Assembly: GCF_009914755.1 (NCBI RefSeq)
Contig: NC_060928.1
Strand: one strand, 5' to 3'
Source of the DNA: the human T2T-CHM13v2.0 reference genome, Homo sapiens
Length of the DNA: 64,000 bases
The notes under the pieces were generated by a model. It was not told where the DNA came from, searched no databases, and saw only the letters and a program-made list of their open reading frames with translations. The position numbers were made by a program, and so were the translations under genes. Shown piece after piece: positions 33,349 through 47,773 of the stretch; within the stretch, counting starts at the first letter, position 1; each line of letters opens with the position of its first letter.

Positions 33349-33789
33349 GTGTGTAGAGCCTGCACGGGCTGACCAGGCAGGTGCCCTTGCCTACTGGGCA
33401 CTAATTCTACAAGTGGGTTGGCATTGGGGTGGAGCCATGTAAAGACCTGAGTGTCTCCCCATCGGGAACTTGAGTGTGTGGCGGTGTTGGGGAATACACA
33501 GGCCTGTTTACTTTCCTCGCCCTTTCTGGCATGAGGCTGGTGGACCTCAGAGGGAGCGGTTGCCTTTTGAGGGGCTCCAGACCCGTTGTGTTTGCTTTGC
33601 AGTGGAAAAGTGGTTTAGCCAATGCTCCCTCAGTTTGACTAGGATAGGCTTCCAAGTCACAAGCTCCAGGGGACATTAATGAAGTCCAAGTCTCTTTTTG
33701 CTCATCTAATGCTTGAATATTGGTTTTCCTCGTTTGTTCATATTAAGGAAAGGAATTAGGGAATGACAAATAAAGGAGCTGGTGGGGAG

Positions 33790-35650
33790 GGGGGCGCGGA
33801 AACAGAATACACGTCCTTTTCTCCATTCGCACGACAGAGTCTTGCGTGGGGTGACCGATGCCTGAGTTTAGCTATCCCTGAACTTGAGAATACCTGCTTC
33901 CAGGTGTTCTTGAGAAATTAAGAGGGTCGCTGGCACTGTGAATAGGAAAAGGAACGACTGTGGGTGGAGAAAGCAAAAGGCTAATTGTGTTTTCCTTTCC
34001 AATGTTAGGATCCACAACATGAGCAAGGCGGCCTTGAGAGTCGGCCCTGCCTGGACCAGAACGGACACCCAGGCGAGGACAAGCCAACGTGGCACGAAGA
34101 GGAACCCAATCCGCTGGATTCCGAGGAAGAGAGAAGACGCCAAGAAGACTACTGGCGAGAACTGGAGGCCAAGTGCAAGCGGCAAAAGGCGGAAGCAGCC
34201 GAGAAGAGACGCCTAGAGGAGCAGAGGCTGCAGGCGCTGGAGAGGAGGCTTTGGGAAGAGAACAGAAGGCAGGAGATCTTGGAGGAGGAGGGCGAGGGGC
34301 AGGAGCCGCCTCTAGAGGCGGAAAGGGCGCCGCGGGAAGAGCAGCAGCGGAGCCTGGAAGCGCCAGGTTGGGAGGACGCGGAGCGGAGGGAGCGGAGGGA
34401 GCGGAGGGAGCGTGAGGAGCGCGAGCGCCTGGAGGCCGAGGAGGAGCGAAGGCGTCTGCAGGCCCAGGCCCAAGCGGAGGAGAGGCGGCGGCTGGAGGAG
34501 GACGCCAGGCTGGAGGAGCGGAGGCGGCAGGAGGAGGAGGAAGGAAGATGCGCGGAGGAGCTCAAAAGGCAGGAGGAGGAGGAGGCTGAGGGATGGGAAG
34601 AGCTGGAACAGCAGGAGGCGGAGGTGCAGGGGCCGCCCGAGGCGTTGGAGGAGACTGGGGAGGGCCGGCGGGGCGCGGAGGAGGAGGATCTGGGGGAAGA
34701 GGAGGAGGAGGGCCAGGCGCACCTGGAGGACTGGAGGGGGCAGCTCAGTGAGCTTCTGAACGACTTTGAGGAGAGGCTCGAAGACCAGGAACGCCTGAAA
34801 CCCGAAGGACAAAGAGAACACTCCGAGGAGCCAGGTATTTGCGAGGAGCAGAACCCAGAGGCCGAGCGGCGAAGAGAGCAGCAGGGAAGGAGCGGGGATT
34901 TCCAGGGGGCCGATCGTCCTGGGCCCGAGGAAAAGAGAGAAGAAGGGGACACGGAGCCTCTCCTGAAACAAGAGGGGCCGGTGGAAGCCGCGCAGCCTCC
35001 GGTGGAGAGGAAAGAAGCCGCCGCCCTTGAACAAGGCCGCAAGGTGGAGGAGCTGCGGTGGCAGGAGGTGGACGAGAGACAGACCATGCCCCGGCCCTAC
35101 ACGTTCCAGGTGTCCTCCGGAGGGAAGCAGATTCTCTTTCCCAAAGTCAACCTGAGCCCCGTGACGCCCGCAAAGGACACGGGGCTCACCGCTGCTCCCC
35201 AGGAACCAAAGGCCCCCAAAGCCAGCCCAGTCCAGCACGCCCTACCGTCGTCCCTGAGCGTTCCCCACACCGCCATTCTGGTCACGGGCGCGCAGCTCTG
35301 TGGCCCGGCAGTCAACCTGAGCCAGATCAAGGACACCGCGTGCAAGTCCCTCCTGGGCTTGGAGGAGAAGAAGCACGCGGAAGCCCCAGCTGGGGAGAAC
35401 CCTCCCCGAGGCCCCGGCGACGCGAGGGCGGGCAGCGGGAAGGCTAAGCCCCCCCAGGAGTCTCCCAGCAGCGCGTCCGCACTCGCAGAATGGGCTTCCA
35501 TTCGGTCCAGAATCCTGAAGAACGCAGAGAGTGACCCGCGCAGCAGCGAGAGGGACCAGTTGAGGCCCGGTGATGAGTCCACTCCCAGGGGCCGGTGTGA
35601 TTCCCGCGGGAACCAACGGAAGACTCCGCCAGTCAATGCAAAGTTCTCTA
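33790..35650. promoter_or_regulatory. Intragenic CpG-rich/GC-rich region over the 5' half of CRACD exon 5
   Basis: Visibly high CpG and GC density compared with the CpG-depleted flanking introns; not computed. Confidence 0.6.
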
Positions 35651-36676
35651 TTATGCCTGCCTGGCAGAAATTTTCCGATGGTGGCACGGAGACCTCCAAA
35701 CAGAGCACGGAAGCTGAAAGCATACGAAAAAGACCCATGCTGGGACCCAGCGAAGAGACAGCCCCCCAGCCTCCTCCTGCTGGTGTTCGCGAGCTCGGGA
35801 AGGGTCCGGAGAAGTCGGAGATGCACCGGGAGCCCGCAGACACCACCGAGGGATGCAAATTTGCCAAAGACCTCCCGTCTTTCCTTGTCCCAAGCCTTCC
35901 TTACCCTCCGCAGAAAGTGGTGGCCCACACAGAGTTCACGACCTCGTCGGACAGCGAGACTGCAAACGGGATAGCAAAGCCAGACCCTGTGATGCCAGGT
36001 GGAGAGGAAAAAGCCTCACCGTTTGGAATAAAATTGAGAAGGACCAACTATTCCTTGCGCTTCAACTGCGACCAACAGGCAGAACAGAAGAAGAAGAAGA
36101 GGCACAGCAGCACCGGAGACAGCGCGGATGCAGGGCCGCCTGCAGCGGGGAGCGCTCGTGGAGAGAAAGAGATGGAGGGTGTGGCCCTCAAGCATGGTCC
36201 ATCCCTCCCCCAAGAGCGGAAGCAAGCCCCTTCCACCCGGAGGGACTCCGCTGAACCTTCCAGCAGCCGCTCTGTTCCTGTGGCCCACCCTGGGCCTCCA
36301 CCGGCCAGCAGCCAGACCCCGGCTCCGGAGCACGACAAGGCAGCAAACAAAATGCCACTGGCACAAAAGCCAGCACTGGCTCCCAAGCCCACCAGTCAGA
36401 CCCCACCAGCATCCCCACTTTCCAAACTGAGCAGGCCCTACTTGGTAGAGCTGCTGTCTCGCCGAGCGGGGAGGCCGGACCCAGAGCCAAGTGAGCCGTC
36501 CAAGGAGGACCAGGAGAGCAGTGACCGCCGGCCACCCTCGCCCCCAGGCCCCGAGGAAAGGAAGGGACAGAAGAGGGACGAGGAGGAAGAGGCGACAGAG
36601 AGGAAACCTGCTTCCCCACCTCTGCCTGCCACTCAGCAAGAGAAACCTTCTCAAACACCCGAGGCCGGGAGGAAAG
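34009..36676 (+). CDS. CRACD: CRACD large coding exon 5 (2668 nt; Glu/Arg-rich helical region, then Pro/Ser-rich disordered region)
   Basis: Contains the 801-aa ORF 34279-36684 in frame; tttcctttccaatgttag acceptor, AAG|gtaggt donor, phase 0-1. Confidence 0.96.
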
Positions 36677-36715
36677 GTAGGTAGCTGCAGGGTGGGTAAC
36701 TGCTGCCAGCCGAGG

Positions 36716-37185
36716 TGTCAGAGCCAGGGCATCAAGAAGAGATCCACACGCAGGTTCATGAGAATAATTTACCAACAATACAGATTTGAAAAAGGAAAGT
36801 TTTATTAGAACGCTGCAGAACAAAACCGTGGGGCGCCTCAGTGAGAGGACTGAGTGCCCTGGTGGATTTTCCTTAGGAGCATTTATGGACCTTAAGTCGA
36901 GAGCTTAAGGGTAATTGGAAGGGTAATTTGGGCCACATTAGCCACGTAGGTCGTGATAAATGATTACATTTGTGGACATTTTGGTGCCTTAATGTCAGCA
37001 AGGGTTGCAAAATGAGTTTTGCCATGACATTCCAGAGATGTCTAGAAATTCTAGTTATAAAAGTTGAAAAGCCTGGAACCAGATGCCTATGTTAGATACT
37101 AGGGAAGTTTAATTCTGAATTCCCCAGATAAGGAGTTTTGCCTCTGGATGGTCTGTTTGATGGTCACCAGGTGGTCCTTGCGCTC
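36716..37185. mobile_element. Probable ERV LTR immediately downstream of CRACD exon 5 (family not resolved)
   Basis: General LTR-like composition (aggaaagttttattag, ataaggagttttgcc, gatggtcaccaggtg); weak recall. Confidence 0.4.
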
Positions 37186-38129
37186 CTTGTCTGCCTCTGT
37201 CCAGCTCATTGACTGCGTCACTGCTAGAACCAGAAGTGCCCAACGCCAGAGGCAGCCAGTGGAGCTGGTGTTGGGCACACCTTCATTAATTAGAGGCTGG
37301 TGTGGGATTCCCGAAAGACACTCACTCGTGATTCATAGTAAGCCTTGTTACTTCTCATTCTTTCAAATTTGGGAAATGCTGACCAACTCTGCAGTGTGTC
37401 TGCAGTTCACTCTTGATAATGATACTTATTTACACAAGCGATAAAAGGTGCCAACAGTTAGATGAATGCCTTTTCGGTTGGCAATAGAAATTGAAATAAT
37501 AATCCCAACGACTGAAGATGTCATTAACCATTTTGAGGGGGCCTCGCAGTGATGATAAAACTGGAGTGTCCCCTACCAGTGTCTTCACTGTATCTCTGGG
37601 CAGTAGTGGCACCGTGATGGCAGTTTAGGGGACTTTAGGTGTCTCCATCAGACCTATGGATCCTCTCTATGGGATAATTGACTGTCTCCATTTTATGTAA
37701 AATGCTCTGCAAATGCAGCTTGGGTCCCTCCATCCCCCCACCCACCCCCTACCCTCACCCAGCTCACCACTGCAGAGCCCTCCTACAAAGAAATTTTGGA
37801 GCAAGCCTTACCTCTGGCTGACCCTGATGTTTCTTCAGATTAAATGTTTGGGCCAACAAAGCTGTCAGTTGGATTAGCTTTTGTGCCCCCAGAGAACCTT
37901 CATCTAATACTTTTTCTTTTCTATTATGCAGAGTATAGGAGGTAAAGTATGGGTCAAAGCCAAAAGTTACTCACATTTCCCAGAGAAATTGTCCCCTGAG
38001 GTTTTCTTAGGAGGGATTGTTTTCTCCTTTGTTCAAGTATTTAGATTTGGGGCAGTTTTTGCAGAGGAATGATTTGTTTCCTGAGGAGTGTTGGTCTGGT
38101 TACTTGCCTTTACAGAAGACCCCATATAT

Positions 38130-38282
38130 CCTTATTTTATTTTATTGTTTATTATTGTTAGTATCTAGAGACAGGGTCTTGCTATGTTGCCCAGGCTGGT
38201 CTTGAACTCCTGGGATCGTGCATCCCTCCTGCCTAAGCCTCCTCGTAGGTGGGACTACAGGTGTGAGCCACCGCACCCAGCT
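38130..38282 (-). mobile_element. Alu left monomer (FLAM-like)
   Basis: Reverse left arm only. Confidence 0.75.
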
Positions 38283-39309
38283 TGTCCTTTTTTAAATAGT
38301 CCACTTGCTTGGCCTGGTTTTCTGGACAGACATGTTCATCAGCAGTTTCTAGACCATTTCTCCCTAATGATTTCTGTTTGTCCTGCTGGATGAGGGGCCC
38401 GTTTTTGGTTTTGCCACTAGTGTTTGTGGCACTGGCTTTCATAGTATCTGCAAAGTCTCTCTCACAGCCTCGTCTGCTATGTCACTTGCCTTCTCCAAAG
38501 AAGTCATGCTTCTGCTCACTTCCTTCTCTTAGGGCTGTCCCCTTGATTATTATAATTTTCTCCCCAAATCTATCACTGTCCCTGTTTTCTTTCCCAGTGG
38601 AGCCAGTGAGGACAGATTCTGGGCTGTCACACTCTGCTATTTGAATTTTTCCTGATTCGATACAGAAATAGCCTGAAAGCAAGGATCACTCTCTCCATTC
38701 ACTGGGGTTTTGTTATGCAACTTGCTGCTGTAGGCCAGGACTGGCCAAATTTGTCTGACTGAACACCCCATCAGGATAAAAATGTTAGGCAAGGACCTGC
38801 AATTTATTTGTTGATTGTATACATGTAGTATCATTGTTAACTAAAACCCCTGGAGCACCAGCTATACTTACACTTAACAACAGTGGATCTAAATCTGCAA
38901 TTGCAAGTCATGGTGCTATTTTTTATTCTCTTTGGCCAACTTCTTCTTGGATATGATTTCTTCGGAAGTAGCAGGCAAAGAGTTCCTCAGCTCTGTTATT
39001 TTCTCTTACTCGTATTATTAGTAGTATATTGTCTGCAGGACTTTCTCTATGCCATATGCCATTTGTCTATTGTGGAAGGGATCATTTAGTTAAAAGGAGA
39101 TATAAACTCGCCAAACTGCAGAACCTCCCATATGCTAAATTCAAGAACCACTGAGAACAAAAAGCACCCACCACATGCAGCCCCACATAGCCTTCCCAGC
39201 TTCCCTGGAGATTCTTTAAACATACCATTTGTTATTACATGGCCTTTGAATATATGGGCTATGGGGTCACTGCCAGTCAGGGTACTAAGTATTAGAAAAG
39301 CTTGATTTC

Positions 39310-40146
39310 GGCCAGACGTGGTGGCTTACACCTGTAATCCCAGCACTTTGGGAGGCTGAGGTGGGCAGATTGCTTGAGCCTACCAGGAGTTCAGGACCAG
39401 CCTGGCAATGTGGCAAAACCCTGTCTCTACAAAAAATTCAAAAATTAGCTGGGCATGATACACACCTGTGGTCCCATCTACTTGGGAGGCTGAGGTGGGA
39501 GGATTGCTTGAGCCTAGTAGGTCGAGGCTACAGTGAGCTGCGATCTCACCACTGCACTCCAACCTGGGTGACAGAGTGAGACCCTGTCTCAAAAAAAGGA
39601 AAAAAAAAAAGCTTGATTTTGTTTTTATCCTTACATTTAAAAATAGAGAAATAGAAATTCTAATCTTTCTTTCTTAACTCCAGTGAATTGCCTCTCACAT
39701 TTCCTGTGACGTACGCAACCATTTTTGGAGACCAGTGCTTTATAAAGAGGCCTGCATTGCCAAGGCTGGGGCCAGTGAGGACAAATATGTAGACTTGTAG
39801 GGTGTTGACTCTGAATCTACCTGGTGAGATTAAAACAGCAATGATAATCCCCATGTGCTTGTACTATAAACACTTTCAGGCCAGGCACGGTGGCTCACAC
39901 CTATAATCCCACAGTTTGGGAAGCCAAGGCGGGCAGATCACTTGAGGCAAGGAGTTCAAGACCAGCCTGGCCAACATGGTGAAACCCTGTCTCTACTAAA
40001 AATACAAAAATTAGCCAGGTGTGGTGGTGGGCACCTGTAATCCCAGCTACTCAGAGGCTGAGGCAGGAGGATTGCTTGAACCCAGGATGCAGAGGTTGCA
40101 GTGAGCAGAGATTGTGCACTGACTCCAGCCTCAAAAAAAAAAAAAC
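39310..40146 (+). mobile_element. Two Alus (39310-39610, 39879-40146)
   Basis: Dimeric Alus; first has TSD aaaagcttgattt. Confidence 0.88.
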
Positions 40147-42734
40147 AAACCTTTCATTACACCTAGCATCTCATTCTGAAATTCTAACGTACTTAGGGTG
40201 GATAAAACAGAAAAATAGCTTAGTATCCCTTTCTCCAAGGAATGCCCTTTGGGAGTAGTGACTAGAACCCTGTGATCCTTGCTCATCTCCTCAGAACTTG
40301 AGGAGGCAACTCAGGTGGACTATGATACGCCTGTCCACTGAGTTTAGAATGAGAGAGAATGGGTTTATATTGGAGCAAAATACATTTTTAATTAGGAATT
40401 TTGAACTCCTCAAATAGGTGATGCAATTGACTATCTTTCAAAACCTTGACTGTAATAAGAGATTTTACTGTGTTTGGATGATTTCAACACTAGTCATCCT
40501 TTGTGCGTCATCATTTACAAAGTTATTTGCATCGTCTCCTTCGGTGCTCACAGCACACGGATAGGTAGGTAGTCTTGGCTCCATCTTACAGACATGGACA
40601 GCAGTATCTGAAAAGTTGAGTGACTTGCCTGCTCCCTACAGTGGTAATGATGGCACATGGAGGAGTTCTTTCCTAGACTAAGTGATCTTCCGTTATCACA
40701 GCCCCATCATAGTGTGAGTGATGGTCCAGTGTTGAAGCTTCTGAATATATACTCTTTGGTATGGGTGACTTCGCCATCTTGGGTGCCTCACGTGGAGGTG
40801 GGGAGGCCCTTCCACCAGCTTCATAAAATAATGGCAGTAACCTTCATGATCCCAAAGCAACCTCTACTTTGGTAGCAGAAGCCTGTCAGGCACTGGCCTC
40901 CCCCTGAGGTGGACTCAGTTTATATATAAACCAGATCTGAATTCCACATTGTGGTCTTTCACTGCCACGTCTTGTGCTTCTAAGAGAACATCTTTAATGA
41001 TTTGGGTCCCTTTTTGTCACTGAATCCCAGTTGAGCTAAGCCTGGTCAGTGGACATTTCTCCTACCAATTTTGCCAAATACAACATCTTGTCTTTGCTGT
41101 CTTTTAGTTTTCTTTGGTATTGGTAGATTTCTGCTGGTCTCTGAGGTTCTGCAGGCAGTTGTGGAGGATAAACGGTTTTATTCTTCTTCTCCCATTTTTG
41201 AGAAGTGTCAAGAGAAGCACTTGTGTGGACCTGGGACTGGGGTAAAATGCTGAGATGAAGGAGACCCGCCAAGGCCACTGCGTCCACATTGCACCCAGCT
41301 GTTCCAGTACTGCAACCACTATCTTCCCTCCTCCTCCTACCCAGAGATTTCTTTTTTCAAATTAGTCAATTATAAATTTCATTACTAATACTTAAAGGCA
41401 TTTTGACCCTTCCAGTAAATAATAGTCTAAGTTGTTGGCAGGAAACTGGCTGGTTGTTTTAGTGACCTTCCCAAGCAAGTTCAGATTTAGTGTTTAGCCA
41501 GAATCAGAATTCCCTTTGGTATAATAGCTTTCTATAGAAATCATTTAGATCTTGGCAACTTGGTTTTTAGAAGTTTTCTAAAGAAGTGTTACAGGGACCT
41601 GGAGTAAAATACAGAAACTTGTTAAGTTTCAGTGTAAAGCAGAATGTTTGAGGTGATGAATTCTTTTTGATTTTCTGGTTAACTAAAGATGAAACAAAAA
41701 CTCTTTCAAATTCAGTTTTGTTTTAAAATACTTCTAAGAGATGTCAGTCTTATTTTCTCTGCTAGATCATAACTGAATCGTTATTTGATGATTTAGGGAT
41801 ATTGCAGTGCCCCAGGCTCATTATAAATATGAATTCTCTTTGTACAGCATTGTAGATCTAAAGAATATAGAAAAATAAGCAGAATCTGCCCCCTGCCCTT
41901 TTTGCTTGAATTTCTAATTTGAATTTATTTTCTCATCACTGCTCTTTCTTTTCATCCTGGAATACGATATAAAATCCAGTTGACTGAGAGCCCTGGAAGT
42001 AAGGTTCTGGACTACCAAAGTGTAAACTTCTATTGGATTTCAAAAACAATACTATAGTGAGCTCCTTTCCTTTGAGATAATAAGAGATTCAATAACTGAT
42101 TATCTCTGAACATGCATAATTTTTACTTGAGGGAAAAGGAGATTCTTGTCTCATAGGCATATAAGAACAGCTCACTTTTGTAGAGTGACCAGGATTTGCC
42201 AAGAACTGTTGTAAATGTTCTGGTTCCCAGGATCTCTTTTAATTTTCATGGCAACCCAATAAGACATTATCATCTCCACTTTCTAGATTAGAAAACTAAA
42301 GCTTAGAGAAGTTAAGTAGTTTTTGTAAGATCATCAAAGATCAAATCCAGGTCTGCTCAATTTTAGAGCCTAGTACTCAACCTGTCACATGAACCTCCTG
42401 TGAGGTATTTACCCCCAATTACATAGGTGAGACAGTCAACCACAAGAAAAACAGAGACGGAAGTCAGAAGGCCTATGTTCTAGCTTCAGAAGCCTGTGTA
42501 CTAACTGCTGAGTGACCATGGGCATGGCACTTGGTGGCTGGAGTACTCACATCTATTAAATGAGTGCAGTGGACCAAAATCATGGGCTTCCCACAGTGTT
42601 CTTCAGCTTCCCCATTAGGCAGAGTAGTGCTCCTTTTTCATCTTTCCAACATTGGAGTTCCACGTAGTATGTTCTTTGAGGGGAAAAAATGGTTCCATGG
42701 CTAAAAATAAATTTCATTTAAAGCAATGAATTAG

Positions 42735-43027
42735 GGCCGGGTGCAATGGCTCACGCCTCTAATCATAGCACCTTGGGAGGCCAAGGCAGGTGGATCACTT
42801 AAGGTCAGGAGTTCGAGACCAGCCTGGCCAACATGGTAAAAACCCATCTCTACTAAAAATACAACAATTTGCCAGGTGTGGTTGCAGGCGCCTGTAGTCC
42901 TAGCTACTCGCGAGGCTGAAACAGGAGAATTGCCTGAACCCAGGAGGCAGAGGTTGCAATGTGCCGAGATTGCACCACTGCTCCAGCCTGGGTGACAGTT
43001 CAAAACTCTGTCAAACAACAACAAAAA
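42735..43027 (+). mobile_element. AluS
   Basis: TSD aatgaatt. Confidence 0.9.
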
Positions 43028-43364
43028 GGAATGAATTTAAAAAAGAACAACGAACCAAATACCTATCTGGATGCCCTGGAGGCCTGAGATGTTATGACCC
43101 TGGAGATTTATTTGAGTTTTTTTCTAACAGAGTAACTTCTTCCATTTCTAGGGAAGACAAATACCCTTGTTTTTCTGGTGATCAAACATGTTACCTTCCC
43201 ACCCAGTGGAGCCACTCAGGCATCAGCACAGAGGTTGTGCTAGGAAGGGGCCAGCTGAATATGCCATAGGGTTATTAATATGTCACAAGTTTTAGGGGGT
43301 GAGGAACTGAGGTAAGTCCACAGTTAAGTTCATTGCAAACCGTTCTTTGTCTTATTCCCCACAG

Positions 43365-43555
43365 AGAAGCCGATGCTTCAGAGCAGACACTCCTTAGATG
43401 GCTCCAAACTTACAGAGAAAGTGGAAACTGCTCAGCCGCTGTGGATAACGTTAGCACTGCAAAAGCAAAAGGGGTTTCGGGAGCAGCAGGCGACGCGGGA
43501 GGAGAGAAAGCAAGCCAGAGAGGCCAAACAGGCAGAAAAGCTCTCCAAAGAAAAT
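43365..43555 (+). CDS. CRACD: CRACD coding exon 6
   Basis: (E)KPMLQSRHSL...EKLSKEN; ccccacag acceptor, AAT|gtgagt donor, 191 nt, phase 1-0. Confidence 0.94.
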
Positions 43556-44091
43556 GTGAGTAGCCTGGGCTTCAGCTGTGATTTTGCTTTCCTGAGCTTG
43601 GTTCTCTTTTCAGTCACAAGGATACAAAACAAAAGGCTAGCTGGGCTGGTGGAAAGTACTTAGAGAGGGCCAAGCAGTAAATAAACTGACCACCATTAAA
43701 CCAGGGAAGCGTTTTCAGTGTGAAACTGGGTTTGGTTTGTTTATGCTCTTAGGTTAACCTGATTTGCCATAATCCACGATACGCTTACAACAGTGATATA
43801 CAAGTTACATGAGAAACACAAACATTTTGCAAGGAAACTGTGGCCAGATGTTATAGTCAGTTTGATGAGGCTCTTCTGGGAAAGTAACTTTCCCTGTTAG
43901 GCACACTGGCTCTGAGCTGCCCCCTCACCGGAAGCCGTGGTTGAGCGTACATGGCTCATACATGTAATCCAGCCCACCGTTGGAAGCAGAGGTCAGGGGC
44001 TGGCAGGCAGAGGCCCCGAAGGCCTGCAGGGTCAGTCTTTCCATGTCTTAGGTTGAAAACATGTTTCCCATGACTGTCTCTGCCCACGCAG

Positions 44092-44254
44092 GTCAGTGTC
44101 AGCGTGCAGCCTGGAAGCAGCAGTGTCAGCAGAGCAGGTTCCCTGCACAAGTCCACTGCTCTGCCAGAAGAGAAGAGACCCGAGACTGCAGTGTCCAGGC
44201 TTGAGCGCAGAGAACAGCTGAAAAAGGCCAATACTCTTCCTACGTCTGTGACAG
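44092..44254 (+). CDS. CRACD: CRACD coding exon 7
   Basis: VSVSVQPGSS...NTLPTSVT; cacgcag acceptor, CAG|gtagag donor, 163 nt, phase 0-1. Confidence 0.93.
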
Positions 44255-44448
44255 GTAGAGAGCAGGTCCATTGCTTTGTAACTGTAGTTCCAGGTTTCTC
44301 TTTGTAGAGCGTGCTTTATATCCTACAGTGTAATGACTAGCAGAGCACCTCAGGCATTTCAAAGCACAGGCTATCTGATAACCTCATTCATAAACGTTGA
44401 CACTGATTAAGCTCATTTGATAAAGACCACCAGGAGCTCACCCACTAT

Positions 44449-44642
44449 CAGTGGTGTGTTGGTGAATATTTAACAGTTAGCTCTTGAGGGGGTAGAGAGA
44501 CCTCTGTTTGGAGCATCTTCAATTTCTCAGTGTAAATACTCCCACCATGGCCTGTTCAAAGCTATTATACCAATATGATGTCAGCTGGCTCACTACATTT
44601 GTGAACGTTTAGCACGGCAGTATGAGCCATCTCCAGCACCCT
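44449..44642. mobile_element. MER63-like hAT DNA transposon
   Basis: cagtggtgtgttggtgaatatttaacag ... ctccagcacc termini. Confidence 0.6.
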
Positions 44643-44919
44643 CTGCCTATATTCTGACAAAGTTGGGTTTATTAACTTACAGAAGAACCTTCTAAACAAG
44701 AGAAAAGACAAAATTATAGCAGGACTTGGGGTAAAGGGTGAAGTTTAGGTAAAATTTAAATGGAGTAGCATTTTAATAAGTCAAATCAAAGCCATGGTGT
44801 CCATAAAGGAGATAATATCAAGACTGAGCTGAAACGTTTGCTCAGGCTCCTGTTTCCTTTAAAACTACAAAGTTAAGTTAAATGTTTGAAATGTTTGAGG
44901 TTACCCTGATTGATCATTA

Positions 44920-45466
<547 letters not shown>

Positions 45467-45812
45467 TCACGCAGCGGGTTTCTGATAGTCTGTGGCTTTA
45501 CAGAGTAAAGTTTCTCAGCACAGTGTCTTTGATGTTAATTAACAACAGCAGTTTTTATATGTTCATAACATGTAAGAGATGTACACATTTAGAAAATATT
45601 CTTTATTTGGTTAAAAGGTAAAACGATGTAATGTATCCAACTATCTCCTTATTACCAATCACTTGAAGGATGGATGACTCTGAACAGGCTCCCTACCAGT
45701 GATTAATAGGGCATCTCTTTTCCCCACTAGGCTCCACTATTCCCCAAAGGGCGTCTAATCTCTAGACCCAGGCTTTTCTCTGCCTTGGCTACCTGAGGTC
45801 AAGAGATATTAA

Positions 45813-46230
<418 letters not shown>

Positions 46231-46709
46231 TAAGAACCGCAGGCATTATGTCATTTGATTTTACTTATAGGAATTAAGGGTTCTACCTGTTAGAACCAGA
46301 AAGAGAAAGAGTGAGAAAAAGAGAGAGAATGAGTTTCTTTCAAAATAAAGTGAAAGCCCCAAAGTCAAAGAGGTCAAATCTTTCTCTGCCTGATTTCTCA
46401 GAAGTACTAAAGGATTAATGCAACTCAAGAGTGGCTCTAGCTTAATAAAGCAAGTCTTTGTTCTGAAGTATTTGTCTTCTCAGTCAGTATTTCCTGAGTT
46501 CTAGAAGCATATGTGTAAGCCATTGCCATAGGCACTATTTATGACTCAAAGATAAGACAAGCACCCTCTCACATTAAGAAGCCTATACACTCTGATAAAG
46601 TGATACGGTGCAAAGAACTGTGAGACAAGGATGAAAGTCATGGGAGCTGGCAGGATCTGTGAGACTCAGAGGTAGAGGCACCCAGTGGATGCTTTTGTGG
46701 GGACGGTAG

Positions 46710-47015
<306 letters not shown>

Positions 47016-47299
47016 TAGCTTTTAACCTCACCAGATCCAGTCGGCTGGGTTGATCTTTTTCTTCATGGAATTGACTGGTTATCATGCAGGCATAGCTTCT
47101 TTATACAGATTAGGCTTCTGGAAATTCTTTGAAATTAGAACTGACTACTTTGGTTGTTGTAATTCTGTGTGCAAGAGATATAAACACATAGCTTGCTTTC
47201 CTTCATTCTCCTCACTGAGGGAGTCCAGGAATTTGCCTCTCTGTGTTTCACTGGGTTTTCTTTTTTCAGTCTCACACTTCTGATAAATCAAAATATGGC

Positions 47300-47555
47300 T
47301 GGGGTGGGGGGTGTTGGAGAGATGTTCATCAAAGGATACAAAATTTCAGTTAGATAAGAGGAATAAGTTCAAGAGACCTAAGAGAGTAGATTTTAAATGC
47401 TCTCACCATAAAAATGATAACTGTGAGGTTTTGTATATTTTAATTAGTTAGATTTAGCTATTTCACAATGTATACATATTTCAAAACAATGTTGTACATG
47501 ACAAATACAGTTTGTCATGATAAATACATAGTTTATCATCTGTTAATTAAAAAGA
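47300..47555 (+). mobile_element. L1MA-like 3' end fragment
   Basis: aaaggatacaaaatttcagttagataagaggaataagttcaagaga. Confidence 0.75.
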
Positions 47556-47612
47556 AAATTTGTAATGTGGCTGTGAACTTACTTTTTCCTTTTCCTTCAA
47601 AACAAAATCCAG

Positions 47613-47773
47613 TGGAGATCTCCGACTCGGCTCCCCCAGCGCCGCTGGTAAAAGAAGTCACCAAGAGGTTTTCCACCCCGGATGCTGCCCCCGTGTCAAC
47701 AGAACCAGCCTGGCTGGCTTTGGCCAAAAGGAAAGCAAAGGCTTGGAGCGACTGTCCACAGATTATTAAGTAA
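47613..47773 (+). CDS. CRACD: CRACD terminal coding exon 8 to TAA
   Basis: (V)EISDSAPP...EPAWLALAKRKAKAWSDCPQIIK*; the eight exons sum to 3720 nt with continuous frame. Confidence 0.95.

Noticed and set aside
34149-36823. Long antisense and alternate-frame ORFs (312, 308, 256, 228, 212 aa)
   Set aside because: Shadows of the GC-rich, low-complexity CRACD exon 5; no independent gene structure
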